A stretch of 64,000 nucleotides of DNA from Pyrinomonadaceae bacterium (GCA_050174305.1 JBFXJZ010000009.1:34148-98147), one strand, 5' to 3'; positions 40,167 to 50,476 are shown, numbered from the stretch's first letter. Notes: a model not told the origin generated them from the letters alone. Program-made: numbers and translations.

Positions 40167-42305
40167 ATGCTCAGAAATTTCCCATTTAAACAGGTTTACA
40201 GGTCCGATACTGACCACATCCTACGAGATTTTTACATTCCAGCGCTGACCGAATCTACAAAATACGATAGGGCCGTAGGGTATTTTTCGGCTAGCATGCT
40301 CTCCTACGCCGCACAAGGCTTATCGGCCTTCGTTGAAAATGACGGACACATGCGTTTGATTGTGGGCGGCGAGTTAGACGCCTCAGAGGTTCAGGCACTC
40401 CTCGATGGGTATGAGATGCGTGACCTTATCAGTAGGCTCGGCTCACAATTCGTTCAAGTAATCGAGAGCGTTGATGACGCAATTTTCAACCGGCGACTGG
40501 AGCTCCTCTCATGGTTAGTTGCGTGTGGAAGACTCGACATAAAAGTTGCCTTAAAGACCCAAGGGATGTATCACGAGAAAATCGGCGTATTTACAGATGC
40601 CCAGGGTGACAAGATAGTATTTCAAGGATCTGCTAACGAAACACGCAATGCTCTATTACCTGACTTTAACTTTGAGTCGATTACTGTGTTTCCTAACTGG
40701 AACAGCCAGTTGAGCAGTTACTGCGAACCTTTTATAACGGGTTTTGAAGATCTATGGGAAAACAAGACTCCCAACACCGTAACAATCGATCTTCCGGAAG
40801 CAGCGAAAGCGAAATTAATTGGCATTGCAAAGAAAACGACCAAAATATTAACGCCATCAATCGAACTGGATCTCTGGCGGGATTCTCAGTTTTCCAAGCC
40901 AGAAGAAGTTCATGAACCGTCGGGTCCGGTAATTCCCCCGACCCTCTATGGCGAGGAATTTGAATTGAAACGACATCAAAGAGAGGCTTTAGAGGCATGG
41001 CGCGCCAAGGGACTAACAGGTGTGATGGCACTGGCAACGGGAGCCGGGAAGACGATCACTTCGATTTACGGAGCAGTGAAAATTTATGAAGCTGAGCAAC
41101 GCCTTTTTATGTGCGTTGCTGTTCCGTATCAGAATCTAGCGGATCAGTGGGTTGCCGTTCTCAGGAAGTTTAATATTTTCCCCATCTCCTGTTACATGAG
41201 CTCGGCCAACTGGGTTGGGGAGCTTAGTGACGCGATTTCGTTTTATCAAACGGGAGCGACAAATTTCGTTTGCGTGGTCGTCGTGAATCGAACGCTACAA
41301 TCAGAACGATTTCAGAACTTGCTTAAACAGGTAAACGGAAGCCATCTTTTATGGATAGGTGATGAATGCCATCATCACGGCAGTTCGGGTCTCAATTCTA
41401 TGCTACCGCAACAGGCTGCGATGCGGCTCGGTCTGTCCGCGACTCCCGAACACTATTTCAATGAGGATGCTACGGATCGAATACTGGATTACTACGGACA
41501 GATTGTTGCCCGCTACACTCTTGCCGAAGCATTGGAAGAAGGTGTGCTCACCCCTTACAAATACTATGTAGAGCTAGTGGATCTCACGGCTGAAGAGGCC
41601 GAGGAATATCAAGGATTAAGTGAACAGATTTCCCGACTTGCAGCAATGAACCAGAATTCTGGAGCTACAGACGGAAACGACGCTATGAAGATTCTTTTAT
41701 TTCGGCGTTCACGCTTGATAGGTAAGGCGAAGAATAAATTCAAAGCGCTAAAAGATCTGCTCGCGAATTCATCGCCAAAACCACTGACGCTTTTCTATTG
41801 CGGCGAAGGAAATACCGAGGATGAAGATTCGGGAGACACCAGCAGACAGGTGGAACTAGTAACTTCGATCCTGCGTGACCTTAACTGGAAGAGTTCTCTT
41901 TTCACTAGTCAAGAGACAACTCATGCCCGTGTCGATTTATTGGACTGTTTTCGGTTAGGCTTGATCGATGCTCTGGTTGCTATGAGATGTCTCGATGAAG
42001 GTATCGATATTCCGGCGTGTAAAACGGCTTACATTTTGGCGAGCAGCCGGAACCCGAAGCAGTTTATTCAGCGTCGCGGCCGCATTTTGCGCAGATCTCC
42101 GGGCAAGGAATTTGCAGAAATCTATGATTTTGTTGTAAAAATGCCCGATGGATCTTCTGAAACTAATGATTATGAGCGAAAGCTAATTTCGGCGGAACTT
42201 GAAAGGGTCGCCGAATTTGCAAAACTGTCATTGAATCACGCAGAAAGCATTAGGGTCTTAGCACCTATTCTTCGAGTTCACAATCTATCGCATTTGATTG
42301 CTTAA
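40167..42305 (+). CDS. PLD-family nuclease fused to an SF2 (DEAH) helicase
   Basis: An HKD-like motif YHEKIGVFTD...GSANET; helicase motif I ALATGAGKT, motif II GDECHH and motif VI QRRGRILR. Confidence 0.85.
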   Translation: MLRNFPFKQVYRSDTDHILRDFYIPALTESTKYDRAVGYFSASMLSYAAQGLSAFVENDGHMRLIVGGELDASEVQALLDGYEMRDLISRLGSQFVQVIESVDDAIFNRRLELLSWLVACGRLDIKVALKTQGMYHEKIGVFTDAQGDKIVFQGSANETRNALLPDFNFESITVFPNWNSQLSSYCEPFITGFEDLWENKTPNTVTIDLPEAAKAKLIGIAKKTTKILTPSIELDLWRDSQFSKPEEVHEPSGPVIPPTLYGEEFELKRHQREALEAWRAKGLTGVMALATGAGKTITSIYGAVKIYEAEQRLFMCVAVPYQNLADQWVAVLRKFNIFPISCYMSSANWVGELSDAISFYQTGATNFVCVVVVNRTLQSERFQNLLKQVNGSHLLWIGDECHHHGSSGLNSMLPQQAAMRLGLSATPEHYFNEDATDRILDYYGQIVARYTLAEALEEGVLTPYKYYVELVDLTAEEAEEYQGLSEQISRLAAMNQNSGATDGNDAMKILLFRRSRLIGKAKNKFKALKDLLANSSPKPLTLFYCGEGNTEDEDSGDTSRQVELVTSILRDLNWKSSLFTSQETTHARVDLLDCFRLGLIDALVAMRCLDEGIDIPACKTAYILASSRNPKQFIQRRGRILRRSPGKEFAEIYDFVVKMPDGSSETNDYERKLISAELERVAEFAKLSLNHAESIRVLAPILRVHNLSHLIA

Positions 42306-42311
42306 AACACT

Positions 42312-44132
42312 ATGAACATCAAACCCGTTTACGCGACTGTGGGCGAACTCTTCCGTTCGCGTCCGATGTTCTATGTTCCAAAGTATCAAAGGGCGTACGC
42401 ATGGGAAGCGGATCCGATTAGCGATTTCATAAAAGACCTCAATAGCTGCATCGATAAACGAAAAGCCGGGCATGACGTGAAACACTTCCTAGGCGGGATA
42501 CTAAGCGTTGAGCATGATGTAGCGGGAGTTATTAACCAACACAAATACGAAATAATCGACGGTCAACAACGGATCGCAACTTTGTGTTTGCTTGCCGCCT
42601 CCCTAATTGCGACATATAAAGAATTAGAAATAGACGCTGGGAACGCCGGGCAAACCAGCGAACAGTTGATTCTAGGGCAGCGCATTCAAGATTTGACTCA
42701 TCGGTTTTTTGAGTTCCAACAGGAAGTCAACAACAATCTCGAAACTGCCGACGTTCTCACGTTGTCGAAGGCAGATGATTCGTTTTACAGACTCTTGATC
42801 CGAAGAATGCCGTGCGATTCGAGTTTGAGGGATTCTCATAAACGGCTTGAAAAGGCTTATTCATCTCTGGATGAAAATATCAAAGCGATTGTTAATCAGC
42901 AGTTTACGCTCAACGAAAAAATCAGTGAATTGAAAATAGTGGAAACGGTGTTGCTTGGTGATTTCACCGTCATTCATATGGTGGTCGATAAAAGGAAAGA
43001 TGCGTACACTCTTTTTCAAGTAATTAACGATCGAGGCGCAAATCTTACCGACGGTGACTTATTAAGGGCGAAAACGTTGGAGATTCTAGAGAACTTCGAC
43101 AACGAGCAAAACGCTGTAGAGGCTTTGTGGGACAAGATTTTGGTCGATCCCCCTTCAGAAACGAACAACTATTTGAATTGGATTTATGAATCTTACCAAG
43201 GAACAAGAACTGCCCAAAATGTCTTGTTTGACATGTTCCTTGATAAGTTTTTCCCTCAGCATCAACAATACAATTTGGGAACTTTCACCGTTGCTGATGC
43301 CCAAGCTCTTCATTCCACTGTAGAAAGGCTTTATAAGGATATTTTGCATTGCAGGAAGTTGGTTCAAGGACAATGGCCATTTGAACGCAGACGGCCCATC
43401 ACGGGATGGGATATTACTAGGTTAAACCTTCTTCTAGTGGATCTGGATCATTCGTTATCGATTCCGTTGTTTCTGGCAGCGTCAAACCTTACTCACACTA
43501 AGTTCTCAGAAATTGTACAGATGGTAGAGCGTACGTTTTTTAGATATAAACTAATCGCTAACCAACACGCCGCATCTCTTAAGGCGATTTATCTTCAGGA
43601 ATCGCTAGCGATCAGAACGAATCCTGGAACGTATGACGTTAACCATTTAAAGACAAAACTCGATGTGCTTATTAATACTAAAGCTGGAGATGCGGTGTTT
43701 CAAAGCGGGCTGGCAGCGCTCCAGTATCAAGAGTCGGGAGGTAATAAACCCCTTAAGTATTTCCTAATGAGCATTGAATACTATTATCAATGGTACAAAG
43801 CGGGTGCGGTTGGGATTCCTAAATGTTCGGACAAGAGTAGAGTGTATGATTTCACGGGAACATCAATTGAGCATGTCTATCCCAAAAGGGCTGCTCCAAC
43901 CGACGCCACCTTGGAGCCTTTAAAGAATACCCTCGGCAATTTAACAATTATGGATCCGAAACCCAACTCGACAAGTGGCAATGATGATTTTGCTACTAAG
44001 AAGCCAGTTTATTCTGCATCTTCAGTCGAATTGACCCAAGAGATTGGAGCAAAGGCAACCTGGACAACAATTGAAATCTCGGCACACCAAGCTTTGCTGA
44101 TCGGTATAGCTCTAAAGGTATTTCGTCCCTGA
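42312..44132 (+). CDS. DUF262-DUF1524 protein (GmrSD / SspE-like architecture)
   Basis: N-terminal YVPKYQRAYAWE and IDGQQRI (DUF262, ParB-like NTPase fold). C-terminal SIEHVYPK ... GNLTIM (DUF1524, His-Me finger nuclease). Confidence 0.85.
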   Translation: MNIKPVYATVGELFRSRPMFYVPKYQRAYAWEADPISDFIKDLNSCIDKRKAGHDVKHFLGGILSVEHDVAGVINQHKYEIIDGQQRIATLCLLAASLIATYKELEIDAGNAGQTSEQLILGQRIQDLTHRFFEFQQEVNNNLETADVLTLSKADDSFYRLLIRRMPCDSSLRDSHKRLEKAYSSLDENIKAIVNQQFTLNEKISELKIVETVLLGDFTVIHMVVDKRKDAYTLFQVINDRGANLTDGDLLRAKTLEILENFDNEQNAVEALWDKILVDPPSETNNYLNWIYESYQGTRTAQNVLFDMFLDKFFPQHQQYNLGTFTVADAQALHSTVERLYKDILHCRKLVQGQWPFERRRPITGWDITRLNLLLVDLDHSLSIPLFLAASNLTHTKFSEIVQMVERTFFRYKLIANQHAASLKAIYLQESLAIRTNPGTYDVNHLKTKLDVLINTKAGDAVFQSGLAALQYQESGGNKPLKYFLMSIEYYYQWYKAGAVGIPKCSDKSRVYDFTGTSIEHVYPKRAAPTDATLEPLKNTLGNLTIMDPKPNSTSGNDDFATKKPVYSASSVELTQEIGAKATWTTIEISAHQALLIGIALKVFRP

Positions 44133-44146
44133 ATTGCAGCCTCTAT

Positions 44147-44530
44147 TCAAGCACATAATCTTAAAAGGTCAGCCACATTTTCGATTTGTTTATTGCTCGC
44201 TTTGCTTGCCAAATATCCGATCCCGCGGTGCAGATGAAGTTTGAATTGTTGGTGCAATGTGTCTTCCGTGCGGGGAAAACCATCCTCATGACACCGGACT
44301 TTAAGTAAGGCGAGGTAGATTTCGTTATATTCACCGCCAAATACCTTCCATGTCATTTCAACAGAGCTGTCGGTAACTATCTTTGCGGGTGCTGGAATTG
44401 TGGGTTCCGCCAACGAAAGGCAGAACGCCCAGCGACAAAGGACGTTCCAGTTCGAAATACCAGTGACACGTTTCAGCCGGACGAGCTGATCTTTCGCCTG
44501 TTGAGAAAGTCGAATATGCTCTATAGCCAT
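44147..44530 (-). CDS. dndE: DNA sulfur modification protein DndE
   Basis: 127 aa, IRLSQQAKDQLVRLKRVTGISNWNVLCRWAFCLSL. It is the last gene of the dndBCDE order. Confidence 0.75.
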   Translation of the reverse strand: MAIEHIRLSQQAKDQLVRLKRVTGISNWNVLCRWAFCLSLAEPTIPAPAKIVTDSSVEMTWKVFGGEYNEIYLALLKVRCHEDGFPRTEDTLHQQFKLHLHRGIGYLASKASNKQIENVADLLRLCA

Positions 44531-44536
44531 AATTGT

Positions 44537-46582
44537 TTACAGGGCTCCTTTGGTCACGAATAAGGAATCACGCTCAACCCCGGACGCAAGATCGTCGTCT
44601 TTTCCAAAGTAACCACCTCTGATCGTAGCTACCCCCATTTCATCATCGTAATCCAACGTGTAACTGCGCCCTATCGAGGGTTTCATTTGTTCGTACAACC
44701 CTAAATCAATTTCCTGATCGGTTGATAAAAGGATTACCTGGTGACTGGCGTGAGGAAAGTACCGTTCAATAAGATTTTGTCGATGGCTTGCATCGAGCCT
44801 GCCAAGAGGCGTATCAATTATTATTGGGAGTGGGCGTTCCGAAAACCTCGCAAGTCCCCAAAGCAACGCGACCGCCAATAATTGTCTCTCACCAGCAGAT
44901 AACCTTTCAGCAGGAACAACTTGATCCTCTGCATTTCGTAGCTCCAAAGAAAAATCCGATGAATTAATACATAGGGCCTCAATTAGCGTTGTTTTCCGCA
45001 ATAATTGTCGATAACTGTCTAATACCAAACTCTCGATCTGCTTCAGTTGCTTTTGAAGGAGTATTTCCCGGAATTTTTCTATAGCCTCTCTTACCTTTTT
45101 AGAGTGCAATAGTGAACGATCTACATCGTCGCGATCAAGTTCTGACCCGAAGACCTCCTCTATTTCGCGTTGTAACAAGCGTTCCTTCAACTGCCGTTCA
45201 CGGGCGAGTCTGCCAATCTCTAATTCGAGTGCAGATACATCTATTCGGGAGTTCTCAAGATTCGATCGCACTTTATCGATCTCTTCTGAGAGCCCCCCTA
45301 ATCTTTCTGCGTCTGGAATACTCGCGAGTTTGCGGTCGATGTCAAGAATGCGTTCTTGGCGAAGGTGAAATTGTCTTGAAAGACCTTTTACTGGTTTTGC
45401 AATGTCGCTAAAAAGATGGCCGTCGTTTAATGAGTCGAGGTGTCGTATAGCGGATTCGCTCAGTTCTACATACGAATCCGCAACTAGACTAGCGTCTCTT
45501 TCTTTGCGATCCGTTTGAAGAAACTCCTTAACTATATCCAAAAGATTAATGTCCGGCTGTTTTTTCCTAAGAACATTTATGAGATCCTTATCACGCTTCG
45601 CTAATACAGAACGAAGTATTCGATTCTCCTTTGAAAGCTCTTCTTGTTTTGATTGGGCATGAGTTTTTTCGATAAGCGAGCGGACGAGTGTCAGAGGGGC
45701 AGCCCCAGCCGCAAGTTCAAATAACTTAGCTTTGATGGTCTGTAATTCGCGCTTGAGGTCATCTCGGTCATCGCCGAGCGATTGCTTTGATCCAATCAGA
45801 TCGCCGCCCTCGCTCTTATATTTTTCGAGCAACCAATGAAGTTCTCGTTCAAGACGATCAATTTCTTTCGTTTGTTTCTCAGCTCTTTTACTTACATACT
45901 CTAAACGAGCCTCTTCGATTCTCTCGCACTCTTCTTTGAGGCTATCTATTCGCTTTCGATCGGCAACAGTTCCAAGATTAATTTTTTGTCTGGAATCATA
46001 AACGGCTAAATCGGATTTAAGGCGTTCTACTAAGTCTAGTCCTAAGAGGGCGCTTATCGCTTTACCCACAGACTGTCTCGAATTTTCAAGATCCGCGAAT
46101 TCTTCAATTTTTTCTCCATCAAAAAAGAATAAGTGCGACAGACTTGCAGGGAAAATTTCGTCAACAGTTTCATTCCAGTTCTCGCTTAAGAGACGGTCGT
46201 GGGAGCCATTCACGCTTACCGAGACTTTTTCGGTCAGTTTTTCCTTACGTACATACCACGAGCGGTTGATGCGATAAGTTTTCTCTTCACCTACCGCGTG
46301 CTGTGTAATTTGAATCTCTACTGACGCGCCTTGCTCTCCGTCAACGTGGTAGTTGATTGAGCGTTTCAAGTACTCGTCGTACGAAAGGCTTCCCCGATTT
46401 GAACATCGCGCACGTCGACCGTAGAGGGACAATTGAATCGCGTCGAGAAATGTGGTTTTCCCACCGCCATTTAACCCTCCAACGAGTATTATTGGCTTTT
46501 CAGGACGATGAGGTGTCAGGTCAATCTGTTGATACCCCTTATACAATCCGAAGTTGCGAAGTGCTAGTTTTTCTATTATCAC
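44537..46582 (-). CDS. dndD: DNA sulfur modification protein DndD (SMC-like ATPase)
   Basis: MIIEKLALRNFGLYKG...GLNGGGKTTFLDAIQLSLYG; a coiled coil; SAGERQLLAVALLWGL and PIIIDTPLGRLD. It makes an ATGA overlap with dndC. Confidence 0.9.
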   Translation of the reverse strand: MIIEKLALRNFGLYKGYQQIDLTPHRPEKPIILVGGLNGGGKTTFLDAIQLSLYGRRARCSNRGSLSYDEYLKRSINYHVDGEQGASVEIQITQHAVGEEKTYRINRSWYVRKEKLTEKVSVSVNGSHDRLLSENWNETVDEIFPASLSHLFFFDGEKIEEFADLENSRQSVGKAISALLGLDLVERLKSDLAVYDSRQKINLGTVADRKRIDSLKEECERIEEARLEYVSKRAEKQTKEIDRLERELHWLLEKYKSEGGDLIGSKQSLGDDRDDLKRELQTIKAKLFELAAGAAPLTLVRSLIEKTHAQSKQEELSKENRILRSVLAKRDKDLINVLRKKQPDINLLDIVKEFLQTDRKERDASLVADSYVELSESAIRHLDSLNDGHLFSDIAKPVKGLSRQFHLRQERILDIDRKLASIPDAERLGGLSEEIDKVRSNLENSRIDVSALELEIGRLARERQLKERLLQREIEEVFGSELDRDDVDRSLLHSKKVREAIEKFREILLQKQLKQIESLVLDSYRQLLRKTTLIEALCINSSDFSLELRNAEDQVVPAERLSAGERQLLAVALLWGLARFSERPLPIIIDTPLGRLDASHRQNLIERYFPHASHQVILLSTDQEIDLGLYEQMKPSIGRSYTLDYDDEMGVATIRGGYFGKDDDLASGVERDSLFVTKGAL

Positions 46583-48120
46583 GGCTTCTTTCGTTGTTCG
46601 GCCAGAGGTCTAATTTCATGAGTGTCACGGATCGAGGCGAATATTTGTTCCGTCTGCTCTTCCTTAATATCTCGCCGTTTAATAGCTCTATCAAGAGCGT
46701 CGTCCGCGTTTTCATAAAAGCTTCGCTTGAAAGCTTTGTCGATTGCCTCATATAGTCCCGCACGTTTCGTGGCAGATTTAAAGCGCCGTTCAACGTCAAT
46801 TAATTCTCTTGTCAACTCATACAAAATACGGTCTCCTCCACAGCTTTCTTTCAACAATTCCATTTCAGCGGCCGCAAACGGTAGATTGTCATCAATATTT
46901 GAATCGGGAAACTCCGTTCCTGTGATTTCAAGATATATAGTCGGAAGCAAATCCTCGATCTCATGCTTGTCAATTACCCAAATTCTACGAATTTCTCTTA
47001 ACTCAGGCATCGTAATAAGTTCAATGTCAGAAACTGACTTTGGCCCGTTTTCGCGTATCCATTTCTGAACAGACAGAAGCTTTCTAAGCCACCTCTCTCT
47101 TGCTTCCTGCGTGTATGGACCAGGAACATTGGTGTCATTATGAAGAGTCACGGAGCCGTTGGTTCTTCGGAAGTCGCGCAAATCTCTATCGTTGCGATTT
47201 CCACTTTCATCTCTTGGATCCAATTCGTTACGAAGGTCGAGAAGGGGTCTCATCCAATGCTTCTCGTCGTCATTCTGGACCATCGCCCCCATAGACTTAT
47301 CTTTATCAACTACGGTGCAAACCCAGCAACCAAATCGACTATCGCCACAACTCGGCGTGGTAGTATCAACCACCAGCGGGCACTCGCCGTCCGAGGAAGC
47401 CCCTTTATACATCGTCAAAAGATCCTTGTTGGTAAAACCCCAAGGATTTTGGACTTGCATCAAGAAGAGCCAAACGTCGTCATTCGACCAATTCTCAATC
47501 GGAGCATAAACCAACGAATTAATGAGGTTCGGTCTAATGCTAAGCTTGTCCCGTGACTGACGTTTCGCCATCTTGTCCATTGACTGGGCCCGAGTGGAAC
47601 TTTCAGCCCTACGGGTGCCCAATACCACTATTGCTTCACCATTTTCCTTGACAACTTTTTTTATAAATTCGTTTGACGGCTTAATCTTTAAGCGCTCTGT
47701 GCACCAACGAAACTTGGTCTTTGGCGCTGGGTACCCCTTGCCGATCAAATTCACCCAAAACGTGTCCGAAGTTTTTGGAGTCAACCGATGCGGGTAGATT
47801 GGTAAGGCGTCTTCAGTAGCTTTGGCCTGTATGTGTTGCAGGGACTTTCCAACCCATGACGCAACTATCGGATTTTCAACCAACGTATCGGTGGAGATAA
47901 CATGAACAGGTTTATGGAGTTCAGCTTTGCTAAGCTTTGAAAGAGCCGTCCAAATTAGCTGGAGTACCGCCGTAGAGTCTTTTCCTCCGCTGTACCCAAC
48001 GACCCACGGTATTTCGTCAGCAAGATAGATATTAGTTATTTCGGCCAGTAGTTCGTCTACCGACTTTCTAAATCCTAGAGCATTAAATGCCGACGTCGAG
48101 TTATTTGAACTATCTGCCAT
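46579..48120 (-). CDS. dndC: DNA sulfur modification protein DndC (PP-loop ATP pyrophosphatase)
   Basis: PP-loop VVGYSGGKDST and a Cys cluster (PSCGDSRFGCWVC). The start is taken at ATG 48120, which overlaps the dndB stop; the ORF could extend to 48147. Confidence 0.9.
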   Translation of the reverse strand: MADSSNNSTSAFNALGFRKSVDELLAEITNIYLADEIPWVVGYSGGKDSTAVLQLIWTALSKLSKAELHKPVHVISTDTLVENPIVASWVGKSLQHIQAKATEDALPIYPHRLTPKTSDTFWVNLIGKGYPAPKTKFRWCTERLKIKPSNEFIKKVVKENGEAIVVLGTRRAESSTRAQSMDKMAKRQSRDKLSIRPNLINSLVYAPIENWSNDDVWLFLMQVQNPWGFTNKDLLTMYKGASSDGECPLVVDTTTPSCGDSRFGCWVCTVVDKDKSMGAMVQNDDEKHWMRPLLDLRNELDPRDESGNRNDRDLRDFRRTNGSVTLHNDTNVPGPYTQEARERWLRKLLSVQKWIRENGPKSVSDIELITMPELREIRRIWVIDKHEIEDLLPTIYLEITGTEFPDSNIDDNLPFAAAEMELLKESCGGDRILYELTRELIDVERRFKSATKRAGLYEAIDKAFKRSFYENADDALDRAIKRRDIKEEQTEQIFASIRDTHEIRPLAEQRKKP

Positions 48121-49216
48121 GTTCCCCCTGTAGGAATGCGTACTCACGTTTTTGCTCTTCGACCGAGAGAGCCAATCCCATTTCTTTCTTTATTACGTTC
48201 ACTGTCAAAGTCACGCTCGCTTCTGATTTGGAAATACGACCTCCGATCATGGCACGTCCCTCCCAAAGTCTTGTGTTCGAGCGAGACCAATCGATTTTCC
48301 TTAGTTTAGATAGCTTTTTTTTCCACTCTCGTGGCTTTTCGCGGAGAAGAATATGGCCCACTTTTCCTATTGCTTGTAATGCGATTCCATGCGAGTGAAT
48401 ATATCTAGTTCGGATTTCACTTGCGGGTATCTTTCGCTCCAATACCTGATGCCACTCCGGGAAACTTTGTGCTACCTCGTACCAAAATGGGACGGCTACT
48501 TGCGATTTTAGATCCAGACTACTTTCGTCATTTGGTGAAAACATTGCACATGTTGCGGTATAGATCGCACTCAATGTGAATAACTTTCGAGAACGCAATG
48601 ACAACGTACTTTTCTCCATATCTACTACGTCTCTAAACAATGGGGTTTTTAGTGCAATTAATTTAGCCAGTTTTGCCATTTGATCACGATGATCATATAA
48701 GACGCCGATCGATTTCGAAGGGCGAATAGCATACCGATTCAAATCAGCAAACATTTGTTGGCATCGATCTAGTCCCCTGTCTACAAAAAAAACCACCGCA
48801 ATACTTTCGTCGCCAATCTCAGGATGTTCTTGTATTGCCATCTCAATCGCAGCCCTTCTATGTTGACCATCATTAATAATGAAGCGCGCCGACATGGAGA
48901 CTGACAGCTTACCGATTTGCTTATCGCTTTTCCCATTCTCGGAAGTCCCGAAGGATTCGAATGCTACATCCCCGTCAATTGAAGCTGTAATAGCAGAAAA
49001 GGTGTAATCATCCGGATTATCAATGATGTAGTTGGCCATTTCGGGTAGCCGGGTCCGGTTCAACCTCCTTTGCGCTCGAATCTCAGGAGCTAATTCTTCT
49101 TCATCAAAAATGAAGATTTTGGGTATTAACCTCAGGGGACACATTGAGACAAAATATTCCCTTTTTGCTTGGATGCCCCTAATGGCTGGGAAAATATATT
49201 CAAAGGATGACGGCAT
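48110..49216 (-). CDS. dndB: DndB (DGQHR-domain regulator of dnd)
   Basis: FIINDGQHRRAAIEMA (DGQHR motif); 368 aa; first gene of the minus-strand dnd operon. Confidence 0.85.
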   Translation of the reverse strand: MPSSFEYIFPAIRGIQAKREYFVSMCPLRLIPKIFIFDEEELAPEIRAQRRLNRTRLPEMANYIIDNPDDYTFSAITASIDGDVAFESFGTSENGKSDKQIGKLSVSMSARFIINDGQHRRAAIEMAIQEHPEIGDESIAVVFFVDRGLDRCQQMFADLNRYAIRPSKSIGVLYDHRDQMAKLAKLIALKTPLFRDVVDMEKSTLSLRSRKLFTLSAIYTATCAMFSPNDESSLDLKSQVAVPFWYEVAQSFPEWHQVLERKIPASEIRTRYIHSHGIALQAIGKVGHILLREKPREWKKKLSKLRKIDWSRSNTRLWEGRAMIGGRISKSEASVTLTVNVIKKEMGLALSVEEQKREYAFLQGEHGR

Positions 49217-49272
49217 AAACAGTCGCTTCCGTTTCTATCACGGGATTGAAGGTTAATTGTATTTATATGGTC

Positions 49273-49306
49273 TGTATGTTATTTTGTCAATAGAATATAA
49301 CATACA
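49273..49306. promoter_or_regulatory. Perfect 10-bp inverted repeat in the dndA-dndB divergent region (candidate operator)
   Basis: TGTATGTTAT-N14-ATAACATACA, read directly from the sequence. It is centred in the 132-bp intergenic region. Confidence 0.35.
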
Positions 49307-49348
49307 TTTTGCTTTTTGATACACACATGTTTTGCGGGTTGATTTGTA

Positions 49349-50476
49349 ATGATTTATCTAGACTGTAATGCTACGACACCCATTGAACCGGCGGTCGTGG
49401 ATTTAGTTTTGCATTTCCTCACCGACGAATTTGGCAATGCCGGGAGTCGGACTCACGAGTTTGGCTTACGAGCTCAACGAGCCGTAGAGAAAGCACGAGA
49501 ACAAGTTGCGAAGGTAGTTACCTGCGAACCGTCGGAAGTCATATTGACCAGCGGAGCAACTGAGAGTAACAATCTTGCGATTCTCGGACTCGAAAAATTT
49601 GCTAATGAGACGGGCAAACGCCACATTATCAGTACCGAAATTGAACACAAGGCGGTGCTCGAACCCCTTGAAATGTTATCGAAAAGAGGGTTTGATATTA
49701 CTCTCGTCGCTCCAGATTTAGACGGGAGCGTGTCCGCTGAGAATATTAAGGCCCGGCTGAGGGAAGATACGATTCTTGTTTCCGTAATGCATGTTAACAA
49801 CGAAACCGGTGTTATTCAGCCGATCACCGACATAGTTAATATCTTGGACGGGCACCCGGCATTTTTGCACGTCGATGCTGCTCAGGGTTTCGGTAAAGAC
49901 ATTCCGACATTACAAAGTCGTCGCATCGATCTAATCAGCATTAGCGGTCACAAGATATATGCTCCTAAAGGAATCGGTGCCTTAATCGTCCGTAGACGGG
50001 GCTATGATCGTCTTCCGATACAACCTCTTATGGTTGGTGGTGGGCAAGAACAAGGCCTACGTCCAGGAACTCTCCCGGTCCATCTTGCCGTTGGTCTTGG
50101 ACTAGCTTCTGAATTGGCAATTAAGAACTTTAGTCAACGTCAAGCTGATTGTAAGAAGTTTAGAGACCGCTTATTATGCGAATTGCTTCCTTTGAATCCC
50201 GTGATAAATGGCGATCTGAAGATGTCTTTACCTAACGTGGTGAATTTGTCTTTTCTTGGGATTGATTCTGAGGCTTTAATGCTCGCGTTAAAGAACGAAA
50301 TTGCGATTTCCAATGGCTCGGCGTGCACTGCTCACCTGTATAAACCGAGTCATGTACTAAAAGCGATGGGTTTAGACGACGATTCTATCCAGACTGCGGT
50401 GCGTCTTTCGTGGTGTCACCTGACAGAGGAACCAGATTGGGTCCGGGTTACGAAAATCGTCAGTTCTCTATCGTAG
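49349..50476 (+). CDS. dndA: Cysteine desulfurase DndA (IscS/NifS family)
   Basis: IYLDCNATTP, SGATESNN, PLP-lysine context SGHKIYAPKGIGAL and catalytic Cys SNGSACTA. It is divergent from dndB. Confidence 0.9.
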   Translation: MIYLDCNATTPIEPAVVDLVLHFLTDEFGNAGSRTHEFGLRAQRAVEKAREQVAKVVTCEPSEVILTSGATESNNLAILGLEKFANETGKRHIISTEIEHKAVLEPLEMLSKRGFDITLVAPDLDGSVSAENIKARLREDTILVSVMHVNNETGVIQPITDIVNILDGHPAFLHVDAAQGFGKDIPTLQSRRIDLISISGHKIYAPKGIGALIVRRRGYDRLPIQPLMVGGGQEQGLRPGTLPVHLAVGLGLASELAIKNFSQRQADCKKFRDRLLCELLPLNPVINGDLKMSLPNVVNLSFLGIDSEALMLALKNEIAISNGSACTAHLYKPSHVLKAMGLDDDSIQTAVRLSWCHLTEEPDWVRVTKIVSSLS

